Assembly (NCBI GenBank): GCA_030390025.1
Contig: CM059425.1
Coordinates: 174,222,001-174,286,000, forward strand
Origin: Squalus acanthias
Taxonomy: Eukaryota
Length of the DNA stretch: 64,000 bases
Reading direction: 5' to 3'
The number at the start of each line of letters is the position of its first letter. Within the stretch, counting starts at the first letter, position 1. The position numbers and the translations under genes were made by a program. A model generated the notes under the pieces. That model was given only the letters and a program-made list of their open reading frames with translations, ran no database searches and was not told where the DNA came from. Of this stretch, positions 38,976 through 52,076 are shown in pieces.

Positions 38976-39580
38976 TGCTCAAAGTATCAGAGCCCAGATT
39001 GCCTTTTGAAAAAATTCCCACCACTTCTTGCAGCCACAATGCATCTCCCCTTTGAGGTGCAGGCTGCCTTTAAGCAGCACTAGCCACTTGCGATGTTGGG
39101 CCCCTTGCTGATGCATGCAGCCAATGAACAGCGCAGGTAGCGCTGGCTGCATGCAGAAAACATGTAGATGAGCAGGCAACACCAATTTAACATGCTGCTT
39201 GCAACGCAAAGAACGTGCACGGGTTAATTGCGTACCGCGATCCCCAGGCCCATTTTCAGGTGTTAGCCAATTTCTCCCCCATAACTTGAAAGAGCATGGG
39301 GATAACGTGCCCTACCTGCAGGCCAACCTGAGTGTCAGTGAATGAACATGCATCATCATCCCACCTTGAACTGAATGTGTCTTTGCTTTGTGAATAGGGA
39401 GTAAACCCAGTCGATCAGGTTCCGCCTCTAACCTACCAGAATTCCAACCTAAAGAGGAAAGGAATTTCAGGGCTGATGAATCTGCTGAGTCAATCGTACT
39501 GACAATCAGAAATTCACTTTCAAATTGAAGAAATCAAATATATTTAAATCACATCATTAGCAGTGCAATTTAGAGTTCAT

Positions 39581-41724
39581 GGCCTAGAAATTTGGTTGCG
39601 TAGTGCCCGTTGTTTGGGTGTTACGGGTGTCGAATCGGGACCGAAATGGCGTCTGAGCAGTGCGCGCACACATCTGGTGTGGGCCGCGCCGGATGCCATC
39701 TTGGTGAGGTCAGTAGGGCGGCCGTTAGGAGCGTGCGTTGGAGGTATAGCAAGTAGGCAACGCTGATTTGACACCAGCGCTGCCATTTTTGTCGTCATCG
39801 CTGGAGCTAACGCCCTCTCTTAACCTCGCACAGCTAAACGTGCATTCAGCAGCAGCAAGGAACCCCACCAGTGATAGTTAAAGGGATCATCACCAACTTT
39901 CAGGTAACTTGCTTTTTGATTTCTACTGGCTCTGTGTAAGTTTGTGGAAGTGTTTGGAGCTTTCTAGAGTTATTTAAAGTTGGCGAGATGACAGAGAGTG
40001 GTGCTGCAAGTGGAGAAGGCCTTGCTTCTGACTTCAAGCGTTCTGGTCAGACCATTTGCTCCAGTCATGAGTGCTCTAGTTGTCAATCCCCTTGGCCTGC
40101 AGCATGACAGGGAGATGGAGCAGAAACAGCAAAGAAAAGGACAAGTTGCTTGCTGAGGGAGGAGGAGGAGAGGGAGAAGGGCTCTCAGCAGGAGGCCTTG
40201 CCACCTAGGGTCTTCCGAGAAGCAATTCTCTTACCTCAGCCTGAGCCAGGAGCAGTGTGTGAAGTGTCTGCACTTTACGAAGGAGGTGCTCACATAACAC
40301 TGCCACCTCTTGCAACCAGACCTGCAGCCTCACTCCAGGACAAGGTCAGCGCTGCCAGTGGCTGTGAAGGTGACTGTGGTCCTGAATTTCTTTGCGTCGA
40401 GATCCTTCCAGGCTGGAGCAGGCAACATCTGTAACATCTCGCAGTTCACCGTTCACTGCTGCATAAGAGAGGTGACAGACGCTCTTTATGCCAGGAGAGG
40501 GGACGGTGTTTCTTCTTCTTCATTCTCCTCTCCCTCTTTATGTTGACCCACTGGCTGGGCAGGCTGGATTTCTTATGTGTCTGAAATGAGAAAGGCACAA
40601 GGATAGAGTTGTGGTGAGGGGAGAAGGGGAAAGCAAGAGCTGCATGCTTACACCATGTGCAAATTGTAAATCAGAAGAGATTGTGGGATGAGGGGAAAGT
40701 GGGATGTGAGAAGGAAGATAACGTATGAGGATACTGGCATCTTCTATTCTTTCAGCCCCGCCGCTGGCCACGGGCTCAGGCATGCCCCTGCCATGAATGG
40801 CCAGCACCGTCTCCTCCAAGGGTGTGAGGTCATGCAGGTGAGCCTGCCCCCCCCACCCCTTGCTGGTTAAGGTCTGCTGGCGCCGGTTATACGCCACCTT
40901 TTTCCTGCAAGAGAAAAGGAAGTTTGTCAGTGAGTGTTGTATAATGCGTTTGGGTGATGTGCCTGTCATGGTGGAATAGCTGGCAGTGTGTGCAAGCTGT
41001 GAGATGTGGGCGTGAGGCTTGCAGCAATGGTAAGTGTGTGTGGGTGAGGTGAAGCTATGAACATGAGGTGTGAGTCGTGTTTGGTAGAGATTGTTGATAG
41101 ATGAGTGATGGGGGTGTGGTGCATTGAGCAGTGTGTGAGGCTAGTGGTGCAGATGGTGGGATATGGCATTTGAAGATGAACTCACTGACCTTGACCACTC
41201 GTGTAAGGGCATTAAACTTCTTCCTGCATTGAGTCCAGGTCCTCGGGACTACACTGCTGGCATTTACCAGTGGCTATCTGCTCCCACTGCACTTTGCTCT
41301 GTTGCCTGGAGGGCCTCCTGGCCCCCTGTGGAAAGAGGACCTCTCTCCTGGAGTTGACCTCCTGGAGCAAGGCCTCCAGTGCTGCATTCGAGAAGCTTGG
41401 AGCTCTTTCTCTGGCCCGTTGAGCCATTATTCAGTCTTCTTCATAACACTTACCTCAACAACCAGTTCCAGCACCTGTGGCAGGCAAAAGGCACCTCCCC
41501 ATTAAGAGGTGCAGACTGCCTTTAAATGGAGCTAGCCTCGCACGAACATGGGCTCCCTGCTGAGCGTTCACCCACTCAGCAGTGCGTTCAGCGCTAGGCT
41601 GAATGCTACAATTATGTAAATTAGCATGACTTTTACGTGCTGCCTGCTGTCCTCCGAATGGGTGTGGGTTGCAATCGCATTGTGATCCCTGCACCCGTTT
41701 TCGGGGATACCAAATTTCTAGGCC
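39581..41724. mobile_element. Harbinger deletion derivative (transposase 5' part 40067-40500 +; Myb/SANT 40503-41427 -)
   Basis: Perfect 16-bp TIRs GGCCTAGAAATTTGGT; TSD CAT (39578-39580, 41725-41727). Confidence 0.92.
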
Positions 41725-42225
41725 CATGTTTTTAGCCTTTCGCATAAGTCCTAAATTTTAAGTATTCAAGTTCAACAAAATATCTGTAGAACCATTAAAG
41801 TACTGAGGCACAACACAAATTAATTATTTAGAAATACAATAGCACTATGATCAATTATCTCTTCACATTCCCTCTCTTTCTCTCTCGAATTTAGCATTTT
41901 CATTAAACATTACTTTGACCTGCTTTGGTCGTAGTGATTTTTAGCATTCTAGATGACAACAGTCCTTGTTCATGGCAAAGATTTGTAAAGAACTGTTGGA
42001 TAGGATGTTGTATAGAATCATAGGATGATACAGCACAGAAGGAGGCCAGTCGGCCCATCGTGGCTATGCCGGCGCTTTGAAATAGCTCTCCAATTAGTCC
42101 CATTCCCCTGCTCTTTCCCCATAGCCCAGCAAATTTTTCCTTTTCAAGTATTTATCCAACTCCCTTTTGAAAGTTATTATTGAATCTGCTTCCACCATGC
42201 TTTCAGGGACTGCATTCAAGATCTT

Positions 42226-44312
42226 TATCACAGACATTTAAAACGGTGTTCAACAGAGTGCAGGAACAATATAGTCCACTAAAAGGAAAGAACAAACTAA
42301 ACACTAATGGATGAATAAAGCCATAAGGGAACAATTGAGGGTAAGGAAAGAGGCATACATTAAGTACATAGATAGCCGGGAGTGCACGACAAGGGAGAAT
42401 ACGAAGAGATTAGGAGAGAAGTCAAAAAAACAATTAGGAAGGCAAAGAGGAACTATGAAATTAAATTATCAAGGAACATAAAACAAAATAGTAAAATATT
42501 TTACAGGCACATCAATAAAAAAGGAAGGTTGGGATGGGAATAGGGCCATTAAGGGATATACAGGATAATACCACAGGTAACGATAGAGATGGCAGACATA
42601 TTAAATAATTATTTTGCTTCAGTATTTACCAGGGAGATAGAACAGGTGGACATGACATTGGATGATGAGATTAGTAATGAGATAAGTGTATTTAAAATAA
42701 AAATAGGGAATATATTAAATAAACTAATTGAACTCAAAGAGGATAAAACCCCTGGTCCGGATGGATTGCATCCACGCATTTTAAAAGAATCTAGGGAAGA
42801 GATAGCAGAGGCATTACTACACATGTAATAATTTGTTAGAAAAAGGTGTAGTGCCAGAGGACTGGCAGATAGCTAACATAATACCTATATTTAAGAAGAG
42901 GGATAGAACATGTCCAGGGAATTATAGACCAGTCAGCTTAACATCGGTGGTAGGAAAAATAATGGAATCCTTACTAAAGGAGAAAATAGAAGAACATCTA
43001 GAAACCAAAAACATAGCAATGAATAGTCAGCATGGATTTCAAAAGGGAATGTCTTGCTTGACAAACCTCATTGAATTTTTTGAAGAGATAACAGAGAGAG
43101 TAGACAATGGTAATGCAGTAGATATAATTTATGTAGATTTTCAAAAGGCCTTCGATAAGGTACCCCGTAATAGACTGATGAACAAGGTCAGAGAATGCGG
43201 AGTCAGAGGACAAGTAGCAGAATGAATAGCTAGCTGGCTTCAAGACAGAAAGCAAAGAGTAGGGGTAAAAGGTAGCTAGTCACAGTGGCAGAATGTGGGT
43301 AGTGGTGTACCACAAGGATCAGTGCTGGGACCAATTTGTTCACAATTTATATTAACGATTTAGACTTTGGAATCAAAAACAAATTTCTAAATTTGCAGAT
43401 GACACCAAATTGGGGGGGATAGTCAATACTGAGGAGCACTAACAAATTACAGGAGGACATTAATAAACTTGCAGAATGGGCATATAATTGGCAAATGAAG
43501 TTCAACACAGATAAATGTGAGGTATTACATTTTGGTAGGAAGTATAGGGAGGTCACATAACTTGGAGGGTGCGAGTCTAGGTGGGATAGGGGAACAAAGG
43601 GATCTCGGAGTACAAATACACAAATCACTAAAAGTTGCGACACAGGTTACCAAGGCCATAAAAAAAAAGCAAACTAAGCACTAGGGTTTATTTCTAGATG
43701 TATAGAATTGAAAAGTAGGGAAGTTATGCTAAACCTGTATCAAACCTTGGTTAGACCACACTTCGAGTACTGCATACAGTTCTGGTCGCCATATTATAAA
43801 AAGGATATAGAGTCACTGGAGAGGGTGCAGAGATGATTTACAAGGATGATACCAGAAATGCGGGGGTATACATATCCGGAAAGAATGAACAGGCTGGGTC
43901 TCTTTTCTCTTGAAAAAAGAAGGCTGTGGGGTGACCTAATAGAGGTCTTTAAAATTATGAATGGTTTTGATAGAGTGGATACAGAGAGAATGTTTCCACT
44001 TGTGGGGAAGAGCATAACTAGAGACCATCAATATAAGATAGTCACCAAGAAATCCAATAGGGAATTCAGAAGAAACTTCTTTACCCAAAGAGTGGTGAGA
44101 ATGTGGAACTCGCTACCACAGGGAGTGGTTGAAGCAAAATGTATAGATGCATTTAAGGGGAGGCTGGACAAGCATGTGAGGGAGAAGGGAATAGAGGATT
44201 ATGCTGATAGATTTAGATGAGGAAAGCTGGGAGGAGGCTCGAGTGGAGCATAAATGCCGGCATGGACTGGTTGGGCCGAATGGCCTGTTTCTATCCTATG
44301 CAATCCTATGTA
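42226..44312 (+). mobile_element. 5'-truncated CR1 (RT) with stops and frameshifts
   Basis: PGPDGLHPRILKE, NYRPVSLTS, DFQKAFD; TSD ATCTT (42221-42225, 44313-44317). Confidence 0.92.
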
Positions 44313-44387
44313 ATCTTAACAACTCGCTGCGTAAAAAAGAAAATGTCCTCATGTTGCCTCTGGTTCTTTTGCCTTCAATCTGTGTAA

Positions 44388-44965
44388 AGAACAACTTGCA
44401 TTTATATAGCACCTTTGATGTAATAAAACATCCCAAGGCGCTTCACAGGAGCGTTATCAAACAAAACTTGTCACCGAGCCACATAGAGATATTCGGATAG
44501 GAGAAATAGCTTTTAATAAGCGTCTTAAAAGAGAAGAGAGGTAGAGAGGCCGAGAGGTTTAGGGAGGGAATTCCAGAGCTTAGGGCCTAGGTAGCTGAAG
44601 GTACAGCCGCCAATGGTGGTATGATTAAATTTGCGGATGCCCAAGATGCCAGAATTGGAGGCTTGTAAGGCTGGAGATGGTTACAGAGGTAGGGAAGGGC
44701 GAGGCGATGGAGGGATTTGAAAATGAGGATGAGAATTTTAAAATCGAGACGTTGCTGGACCGGGAGCCTATTTAGGTCAGCGACCACATGAGTGATGGGT
44801 GAATGGGATGCAGGCGTAGAGTTTTGGATGAGCTCAAGTTTATGTAGGGTGGAAAATGGGAGGCCGGCCAGGAGAGCATTGGAATAATCAAGTCTAGAGA
44901 TAACAAAGGCATGGATGAGGATTTCAGCAGCAGATGAGCTGAGACAACAATGAAGACGGGGACGA
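44388..44965 (-). mobile_element. L2 3' fragment
   Basis: LPVQQRLDFKILILIFKSLH; aacaacttgcatttatatagcacc tail. Confidence 0.85.
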
Positions 44966-45211
44966 AGACAGGTCCTCCGATTACCGAGCCTTCTTCCACT
45001 GGAAACAGTTTTTCTTTATTTCAAGATTTTGAACAGCTCTATCAAATCTCCCCTTAACCTTCTCTGCTCTAAGGAGAACAACGCAAGTTACTCTAGTCTC
45101 TCCACGTAACTGAAGTCTTTCATCCCTGGTACCATTCTACTAAATCTCCTCTGCACCCTCTCTAAGGCAATGACATCCTTCTAAAGTGTGGTGCCCAGAA
45201 TTGGACATAAT

Positions 45212-45905
45212 GGCCCGTATTTTCCGATCGGAGGCTTCCTGCGTGCGGAGGCCTCTGATCTGGAAAAAATCTACGAACTTACCTGAGGGCTCCCGAGGTG
45301 CGTATACCTCCGCTCCTGGGCCTCTCCAAACTCGAAATGCGCAGGGCCCACGTATCCCAGGGGCACATGCAGTTCTCAAGCATCCCTGGGATCATGTGGG
45401 CCATGGGGAGCCAATAGGAGAAGGGAATCTCCCTTTATACAATTGACAGATAGACCTGTCAAATATATGAATGGAGATCACCCCAAAAAGACACAAAAAC
45501 ATTAAATATTTTTTTTTAAATCACGTTTTTAAAAGGAGTTAAAATTACAATAAATTAAATATTTTAAACAAAAATTTAATTTTTTGAAAAAAATAATTAA
45601 AGTTTTTTACGGGGCTAAAAATAAACTTACCTTTTTTAAAAGTATTTTTAAATGATAAATGAGTGAAAAAAATTATTTTTTTTAACTTTTTTTCCACTCA
45701 TATGCTGGTAAAAGCATTTTATCAGGCGTAAGATTTCTAAGGGCTTTCTGCGGGCGGAGGTTCTCCAGAAAGCGGAACTATCCGCCTGCAGAGGCCCTTC
45801 TCCAGGGCAGGCAGTCTGATCTGTCAAGAGCATTCTTGACAGATCGGAAATACCGGTTTTCAGCGCATGCTCGTACACACCCGTAGGCATTGGAATATAC
45901 GGCCC
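45212..45905. mobile_element. MITE with 3-bp TSD inserted in CR1
   Basis: TIRs GGCCCGTATTTTCCGAT / ATTGGAATATACGGCCC; TSD AAT (45209-45211, 45906-45908); removal restores CR1 ...ggacataatactccagc. Confidence 0.88.
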
Positions 45906-45975
45906 AATACTCCAGCAGGAGCCTAACCAGTGTTTTATAAAATTTAGCATAACTTCCTTGCTTTTGTACTTGTAG

Positions 45976-46770
45976 GGGGCTACATTTGATAACCCCAAAA
46001 AACGGGCATGGGGATCGCGATGCGTGATTAACGCATGCCCGTTCAGTGTAATGGCAGCACGGCTACTCCGTGCTGCCTGCTCATTTCAATGATTTCAACG
46101 TGTAGCCAGCGCTAACAGCGCTGTTGATTGGCTGCACACATCAGCAGGGGGCCTAAAATTGGGAGAGGCTAGCACCAGTTAAAGCTAGCCTGCACTGCTT
46201 AAACCTAGCCTGCACCTCTTAAAGTGGAGGTGCATTGCAGCTGGAGCAGGTGCTGGAATTCGTTCGACAACTGAATCTGACCTGGGAAACAGTGAAGAAT
46301 GGCAGAACATGGAGATAGCGGGCTCCAAGGTTCTCAGATGCTGCACTGGAGGCCTTGGTGCAGGAGGTGGACAGGAGGAGAGAGGTCCTCTATCCACAGG
46401 GGGTCAGGAAGCCCTCCAGACACATGCTGAGAAGGCAGTGGGAGCAGATAGCCATGGCAGTCAATGCCAGGAGTCAAGTCCCGAAGACCTGTATGCAGTG
46501 CCGAAAGAAGTTCAATGACCTCACACAGGTGGTCAAGGTCAGTTGAATGTGTCTTCAAATGTCACATCCTACCAACTGCACCACTAGCCTCAGCCGCTGC
46601 TCAATGCACCACACCCCCATCATTCTCCTACCAACAATCTCTATCAATCAGGACCCATACCTAACATTCATAACTTCACCTCACCCTCAAACACTTCGCA
46701 CTGCTGCAAGCCTCATACCCACATCTCACAGCTTGCACACACGGCCAGTTATTCAACCATGACAGCCACA
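45976..46770 (+). mobile_element. Harbinger end fragment with Myb/SANT exon 1
   Basis: VQEVDRRREVLYPQGVRKPSRHMLRRQWEQIA...QCRKKFNDLTQVVK followed by donor GTCAGT; terminal region similar to the reverse complement of ~41640-41724. Confidence 0.85.
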
Positions 46771-46771
46771 T

Positions 46772-49720
46772 CAGCCAAAGTCCATATACACAACATCAAC
46801 TACACTACCCATATCAACCTTCTCCTTTACTTTATCAAAGAACTCAATCAAGTTAGTCAAACATGATTTGCCTTTAACAAATCTGTGCTGACTTTCATTT
46901 ATTAGCCCATACCTTTCCAAATGCCAATTAATTTTGTCCCAGATTATTGTCTCGAAAAGTTTCCCCACCACCGACGTTAGACTGACTGGCCTGTAGTTGT
47001 TGGGTTTATCCTTTTTAAACAGGGGTGTAACATTTGCAATCCTCCATTCCTCTGGCACCAGCCCCATATCCAATGAGCATTGGAACGTGTGGCCAGAGCC
47101 TCTGCAATTTCCATTCTTACTTCCCTCAGTTACCTAGGATGCATCCCATCCGGACCAGGTGACTTTTCTACTTTTGAGGACTGCCAACCTTTTAAGTACC
47201 TCCTCTTTATCTATTTTTATCCTATTCAAAATCGCTACTGCCTCCTCCTTTACTGCTACATTGGCAGCATCCTCTTCTCTAGTGAAGACAGATGTGAAGT
47301 ACTCATTTGGTACCTCAGCCATGCCTCTGCCTTTACAAGAATATCTCCTTTTTGGTCCCTAATCAGCGCTACCCTTCCTTTGACTACCATTTTACTATTT
47401 ATGATTATAGAAGACTTTTGGTTTCCCTTTTGTGTTAGCCACTAATCTATTCTCATACTCTCTCGTTGCCCCTTTTATTCCATTTTTTAGATCTCCTCTG
47501 TACTTTCTATATTCAGCTTGGTTCTCTACTGTATTATGAACCGTACATTTGTCATAAGCCTCCTTTTCCTGTCTCATATTAACGTCTATATCTTTAGTCA
47601 TCCAGGGAACTCTATCTTTGGATGTCCTTCCTTTCCCCCTCATGGGAATGTGTCTACTCTGTACCCTAACCATTTCCTCTGTGAAGGCCTCCCATTGTTC
47701 AATTACTGTTTTGCCTACCAATTTTTGATTCCAATTCACCAGATCCCTTTTCAACTCACTGAAGTTAGCCCTCCTTCAGTTAAGTATTTTTAGGCTTGAT
47801 TGTTCCCTAAACCTCTCCGCCTTTCCACGACTCTTTCCTCCTTTAAGAGGCTCCTTAAAACCTACCTCTTTTGATCATCTGCCCTAACATCTCCTTATAT
47901 GGCTCGGTGTCAATTTTTTTGATAACGCTCCTGTGAACTGCCTTGGGACATTGTATTACATTAAAGTTGCTATATAAATTGTTGTTGTTGTCCTTTTCTG
48001 TAACTATTCTAAACTTGATGATATTATGATCACTGTTCCCGAAATGCTCTCCCACTGAAACATGCTCCACTTGCCGCACTTCATTCCAATGAACTAGATC
48101 TAGCACTGCTTCTTTCCTCGTTGTGCTGGAAACACACTGATCAAGAAAGCTCTCTTGGTACACATTTCAGGAATTCCTCCCTTTTTTTGCCCTTTACACT
48201 GTTACTATCCCGGTCTATATTAGGATCATTGAAGTCCCCCATTATCACTCCTATGTAGTTCTTGCATCTTTCTGTAATTTTCCTGCAAATTTGCTCCTCT
48301 ATCTCCTTCCCACTATTTGGTGGCCTATAGAATACATCCAGTAGCATAATAGCTCCTCTATTGTTCCTTAATTCTAACCAAATAGATTCTGTCTTTGACC
48401 CCTCAACTCCATCATCCCTCTCCAGTGCTATAATAGTTTCTTTGATCAATATTGCCACCCCCTCCTTTTTTTCTTTCCCTATCTTTCCTAAATAACTTGT
48501 AGCCAGGAATGTTAAGTTACTAATCCTCCCCTTCTTTGAGCCAGGTCTTTGTTATTACCACTATATCATAATCCCATGTGGAGACTTGTGCCTGCAGCTC
48601 AGCAACCTTATTTACCACGCTACATGCATTTACGCACATTCACTCCAAACCCACCTTAGACTGCCTTGCATTTTCCCTTGTCTGATCCCTCCTAATTCTG
48701 AACTATTCTTTATTCTGGTGCTATTTGTCTCTCCCAGTCCTCTGTGCACCTTGTTTCTTCTCTCTAATGTTTCAACCTAGTGCCTATCCCCCAGCTAAAT
48801 GAATTTAAACCCTCCCCCACAGCACCACTTAACCTTCCCGCGAGGACATTGGTGCCAGCTCTGTTGAGGTGCAACCAATTCACCTTGAACAGGTCCTAAT
48901 TTCCCAGGAATCTGAAGTCCTCCCTCCTGGACCATTTCTCCAGCCAAGCATTAACATGTCTTATCCTAATATTCCTATACTCACTAGCGCGTGGAACTGG
49001 GAGTAATCCAGATATTACTACCTTTGAAGTCCTGCTCTTTAATTTCCTCCTAAGCTCTTGAAACTGTGACTGCAGGATGTCAACCGTTTTCCTACCTACG
49101 TCATTGGTTCCAACATGGACCATGATTTCTGGCTGCTCCCCTTCCCTCCTTAAAATATTCTGCATCCTCTCAGTGATGTCCCTTACCCGGGCACCAGGGA
49201 GGCAACGCACCATGCGGGGCTCACGTCAGCGGTTGCAGAAATGCCTGTCCATCCCCTGACTATCGAATACTCTGACCACTGCATTTCTACACTTTGTTGT
49301 GCCCCCGCTGTGCAGCCATTTTCCCCACAGTGCCATGGATATGCTCTAGATTGCACTCCCTCGAGGTGTCGTCACCCACACCGGTATTCAGCAATGAAAA
49401 CTGGTTAAAGAGTGCCACACTTCCGGAGGATTCCTGCACTACCTGCCCCTTCCTACCCTGCCGGATGGCCACCCACTTACTATTCTTCTGAACTCTCTGT
49501 AGCTGCAGGTGACCATCTCCTGGAACTTGCGGTCCAGGAAATTTTCAGCCTCCCATAGGCCCTGCAGTGACTCCAGCTGCTCCTCAGAAACCCTGAGCTT
49601 GAGTTTGAGCAACTGGAGGCACTTCCTGCACACGTGGTTATCCAGGACACATGAAGCGTCCTGGAGTTCCCACATGGCACAGGAATTGCAGGCAAAGGGT
49701 CTCAGTTGTCCCATCATTTT
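46772..49720 (-). mobile_element. CR1 5' half: ORF1 (zinc finger/leucine zipper plus SGNH esterase) and ORF2 N-terminus; L2-type fragment inserted at ~47805-47990
   Basis: CNSC...CRKC plus LLKLKLRVSEEQLESL; CLPGARVRD...VHVGTNDV...VVISGLLP; MGDFN and SDHN endonuclease motifs. Confidence 0.9.
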
Positions 49721-49989
49721 GCTTAAAAGTCTATCTACTTATGTTATACATATCCCCTTACTCCTATTTATTATTTGTGTACCAGATTTTTATTTAATGC
49801 AATTTGGATGCCTTTAATGTTGGTATCCTCTACTTAGTTGATTTCAATTTTTACCCCTTTAGAGCTAATGAATTACTCTGATTATTTATATATTTACTGT
49901 TGTCCCCTTGGCTTACCGCACTTAGCACCACCTTCCCCCTCTGCACCAAATTCCCGTTGCCATTCTGTTTAGCAAGCCATTCCATTTAG

Positions 49990-52076
49990 CAGACATATAT
50001 TCCTCTAGGGCATAAAAACCCAAAAGGAAAAGTGATGCAACCATGGCTAACAAAAGAAATTAAAGCTAGTATTAAGTCAAAGGAGGAAGCTTATAAAGTT
50101 GCCAGAAAAAGCGGTCAGCCTGAAAATTGGGATCTTTTTAGAAATCAGCAAATGGGGACCAAGAAATTGATAAAGAAAGGGAAAATGGAATATGAGCACA
50201 AACTAGCGAAAAATATAAAAACGGATTGTAAAAGCTTCTATAGGTATATGAAAAGGAAAAGACTGGCGAAGGTAAATGTAGGTTCTTTACAGTCAGAGAC
50301 AGGAGAATTTATAATGGGGAATGAGGAAATGGCAGAGAAATTAAATAAATACTTTGTTTCTGTCTTCATGGAGGAAGACACAAAAAACCTTCCAGAAATA
50401 CGAGAAAACCAAGGGTGTGGCGAGAATGAGGAACTTAAAGAAATTATTATTAGTAAAAAAACAGTACTAGCAAAATTAATGGGACTAAAAGTCCATAAAT
50501 CCCAAGGACCGGATGACCTACATTCTAGGGTTTTGAAAGAGGTGGCCATTGGGATAGTGGACGCATTGGTTGTCATCTTCCAAAATTCTATAGATTCTGG
50601 AACGGTTCCTGCAGATTGGAGGATAGCAAATGTAACCCCGCTATTTAAGAAAGGAGGGAGAGAGAAAACTGGGAACTACAGACCTGTTAGCCTCACATCA
50701 GTAGTTGGGAAAATGCTGGAATCTATTATAAAGGATGCAATAACTGGGCACTTAGAAACTAACAGTAAGATTGGGCAGAGTCAACATGGATTTATGAAAG
50801 GGAAATCCTGTTTAACAAGCCTATTGGAGTTCTTTGAGGATGTAACTAGTGGAGTAGACAAAGGGGAACCGGTAGATGTGGTGTATTTGGATTTTCAGAA
50901 GGCCTTCGATAAGGTCCCACACAAGAGGTTGGTGAACAAAATTAGGGCACATGGAATTGGGGGTAATATATTAGCATGGATTGAGAATTGGTTAACAGAC
51001 AGAAAACAAAGAGTAGGGATAAACGGGTCTTTTTCAGGATGGCGGGCTGTGACTAGTGGGGTACCGCAAGGATCGGTGCTTGGGCCCCAGCTATTCACAA
51101 TCTATATCAATGATTTGGATGAGGGGACTAAATGTAACATTTCCAAATTTGCTGATGATACAAAGCTAGGTGACAGTGTCAGTTGTGAAGAGGATGTGAA
51201 GAGGCTTCAAGGGGATCTCGACAGGCTCAGTGAGTGGGCGAGAACATGGCAGATGAAATATAATGTGGATAAATGTGAAGTTAGCCACTTTGGTAGAAAA
51301 AACAGAAAGGCAGAGTATTTCCTAAATGGTGAAAGATTGGGGAATGCAGATGCTCAAAGGGACCTGGGTGTCCTTGTACATGAGTCACTGAAAGTGAATG
51401 TGCAGGTGCAGCAAGCCACTAGGAAGGCAAATGGTATGCTGGCATTCATTACAAGAGGATTTGAGTACAGGAGTAAAGAAGTCTTACTCTAATTATATAG
51501 GGCCTTGGTGAGACCACACCTGGAGTACTGTGTACAATTTTGGTCTCCTTACCTAAGGAAGGATATACTTGCCATAGAGGGAGTGCAATGAAGGTTCACG
51601 AGATTGATTCCTGGGATGGCGGGACTGTCGTATGAGAAGAGATTGAGTAAACTAGGCCTGTATTCTCTTGAATTCAGAAGAATGAGAGGGGATCTCATTG
51701 AAGCATACAAAATTATTACAAGGCTTGATAGGGTGGATGCTGGGAGAATGTTTCCCTTGGCTGGGGAGTCTAGAACCAGGGGCCACAGCCTCAGGATAAA
51801 GGGTAGGCCATTCAGGACTGAGATGAGAAGAAATTTCTTCACACAGCGGGTGATGAATCTTTGGAATTCTCTACCCCGAGGGCTGTGGAGGCTCAGTCAT
51901 TGGGTATATTCAAAACAGAAGTCGATAGATTTCTGACTAGTAAGGGCTTCAAGGGATATGGCGATGGGGCCGGTGAATGGAGTTGAGGCAGAAGATCAGC
52001 CATGATCTCATTGAATGGTGGAGCAGGCTCGAAGGGCCGAATGGCCTACTCCTGCTTCTATTTCTTATGTTCTTAT
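49990..52076 (+). mobile_element. 5'-truncated CR1, 486-aa open RT segment (50032-51492)
   Basis: Full set of RT motifs; later nonsense codons; tttcttatgttcttat tail. Confidence 0.95.

Larger units (their letters stand above)
34890..39279. mobile_element. Near full-length two-gene PIF/Harbinger transposon, decayed
   Basis: TIRs GGGGTAGAAATTGG / CCAATTTCTCCCC; convergent transposase (+) and Myb/SANT (-) genes; TSD not clear. Confidence 0.88.
42012..45975 (-). mobile_element. CR1 3' portion fragmented by CR1, L2 and MITE insertions
   Basis: Collinear pieces at 42012-42225, 44313-44385, ~44975-45211 and 45906-45975. Confidence 0.75.
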
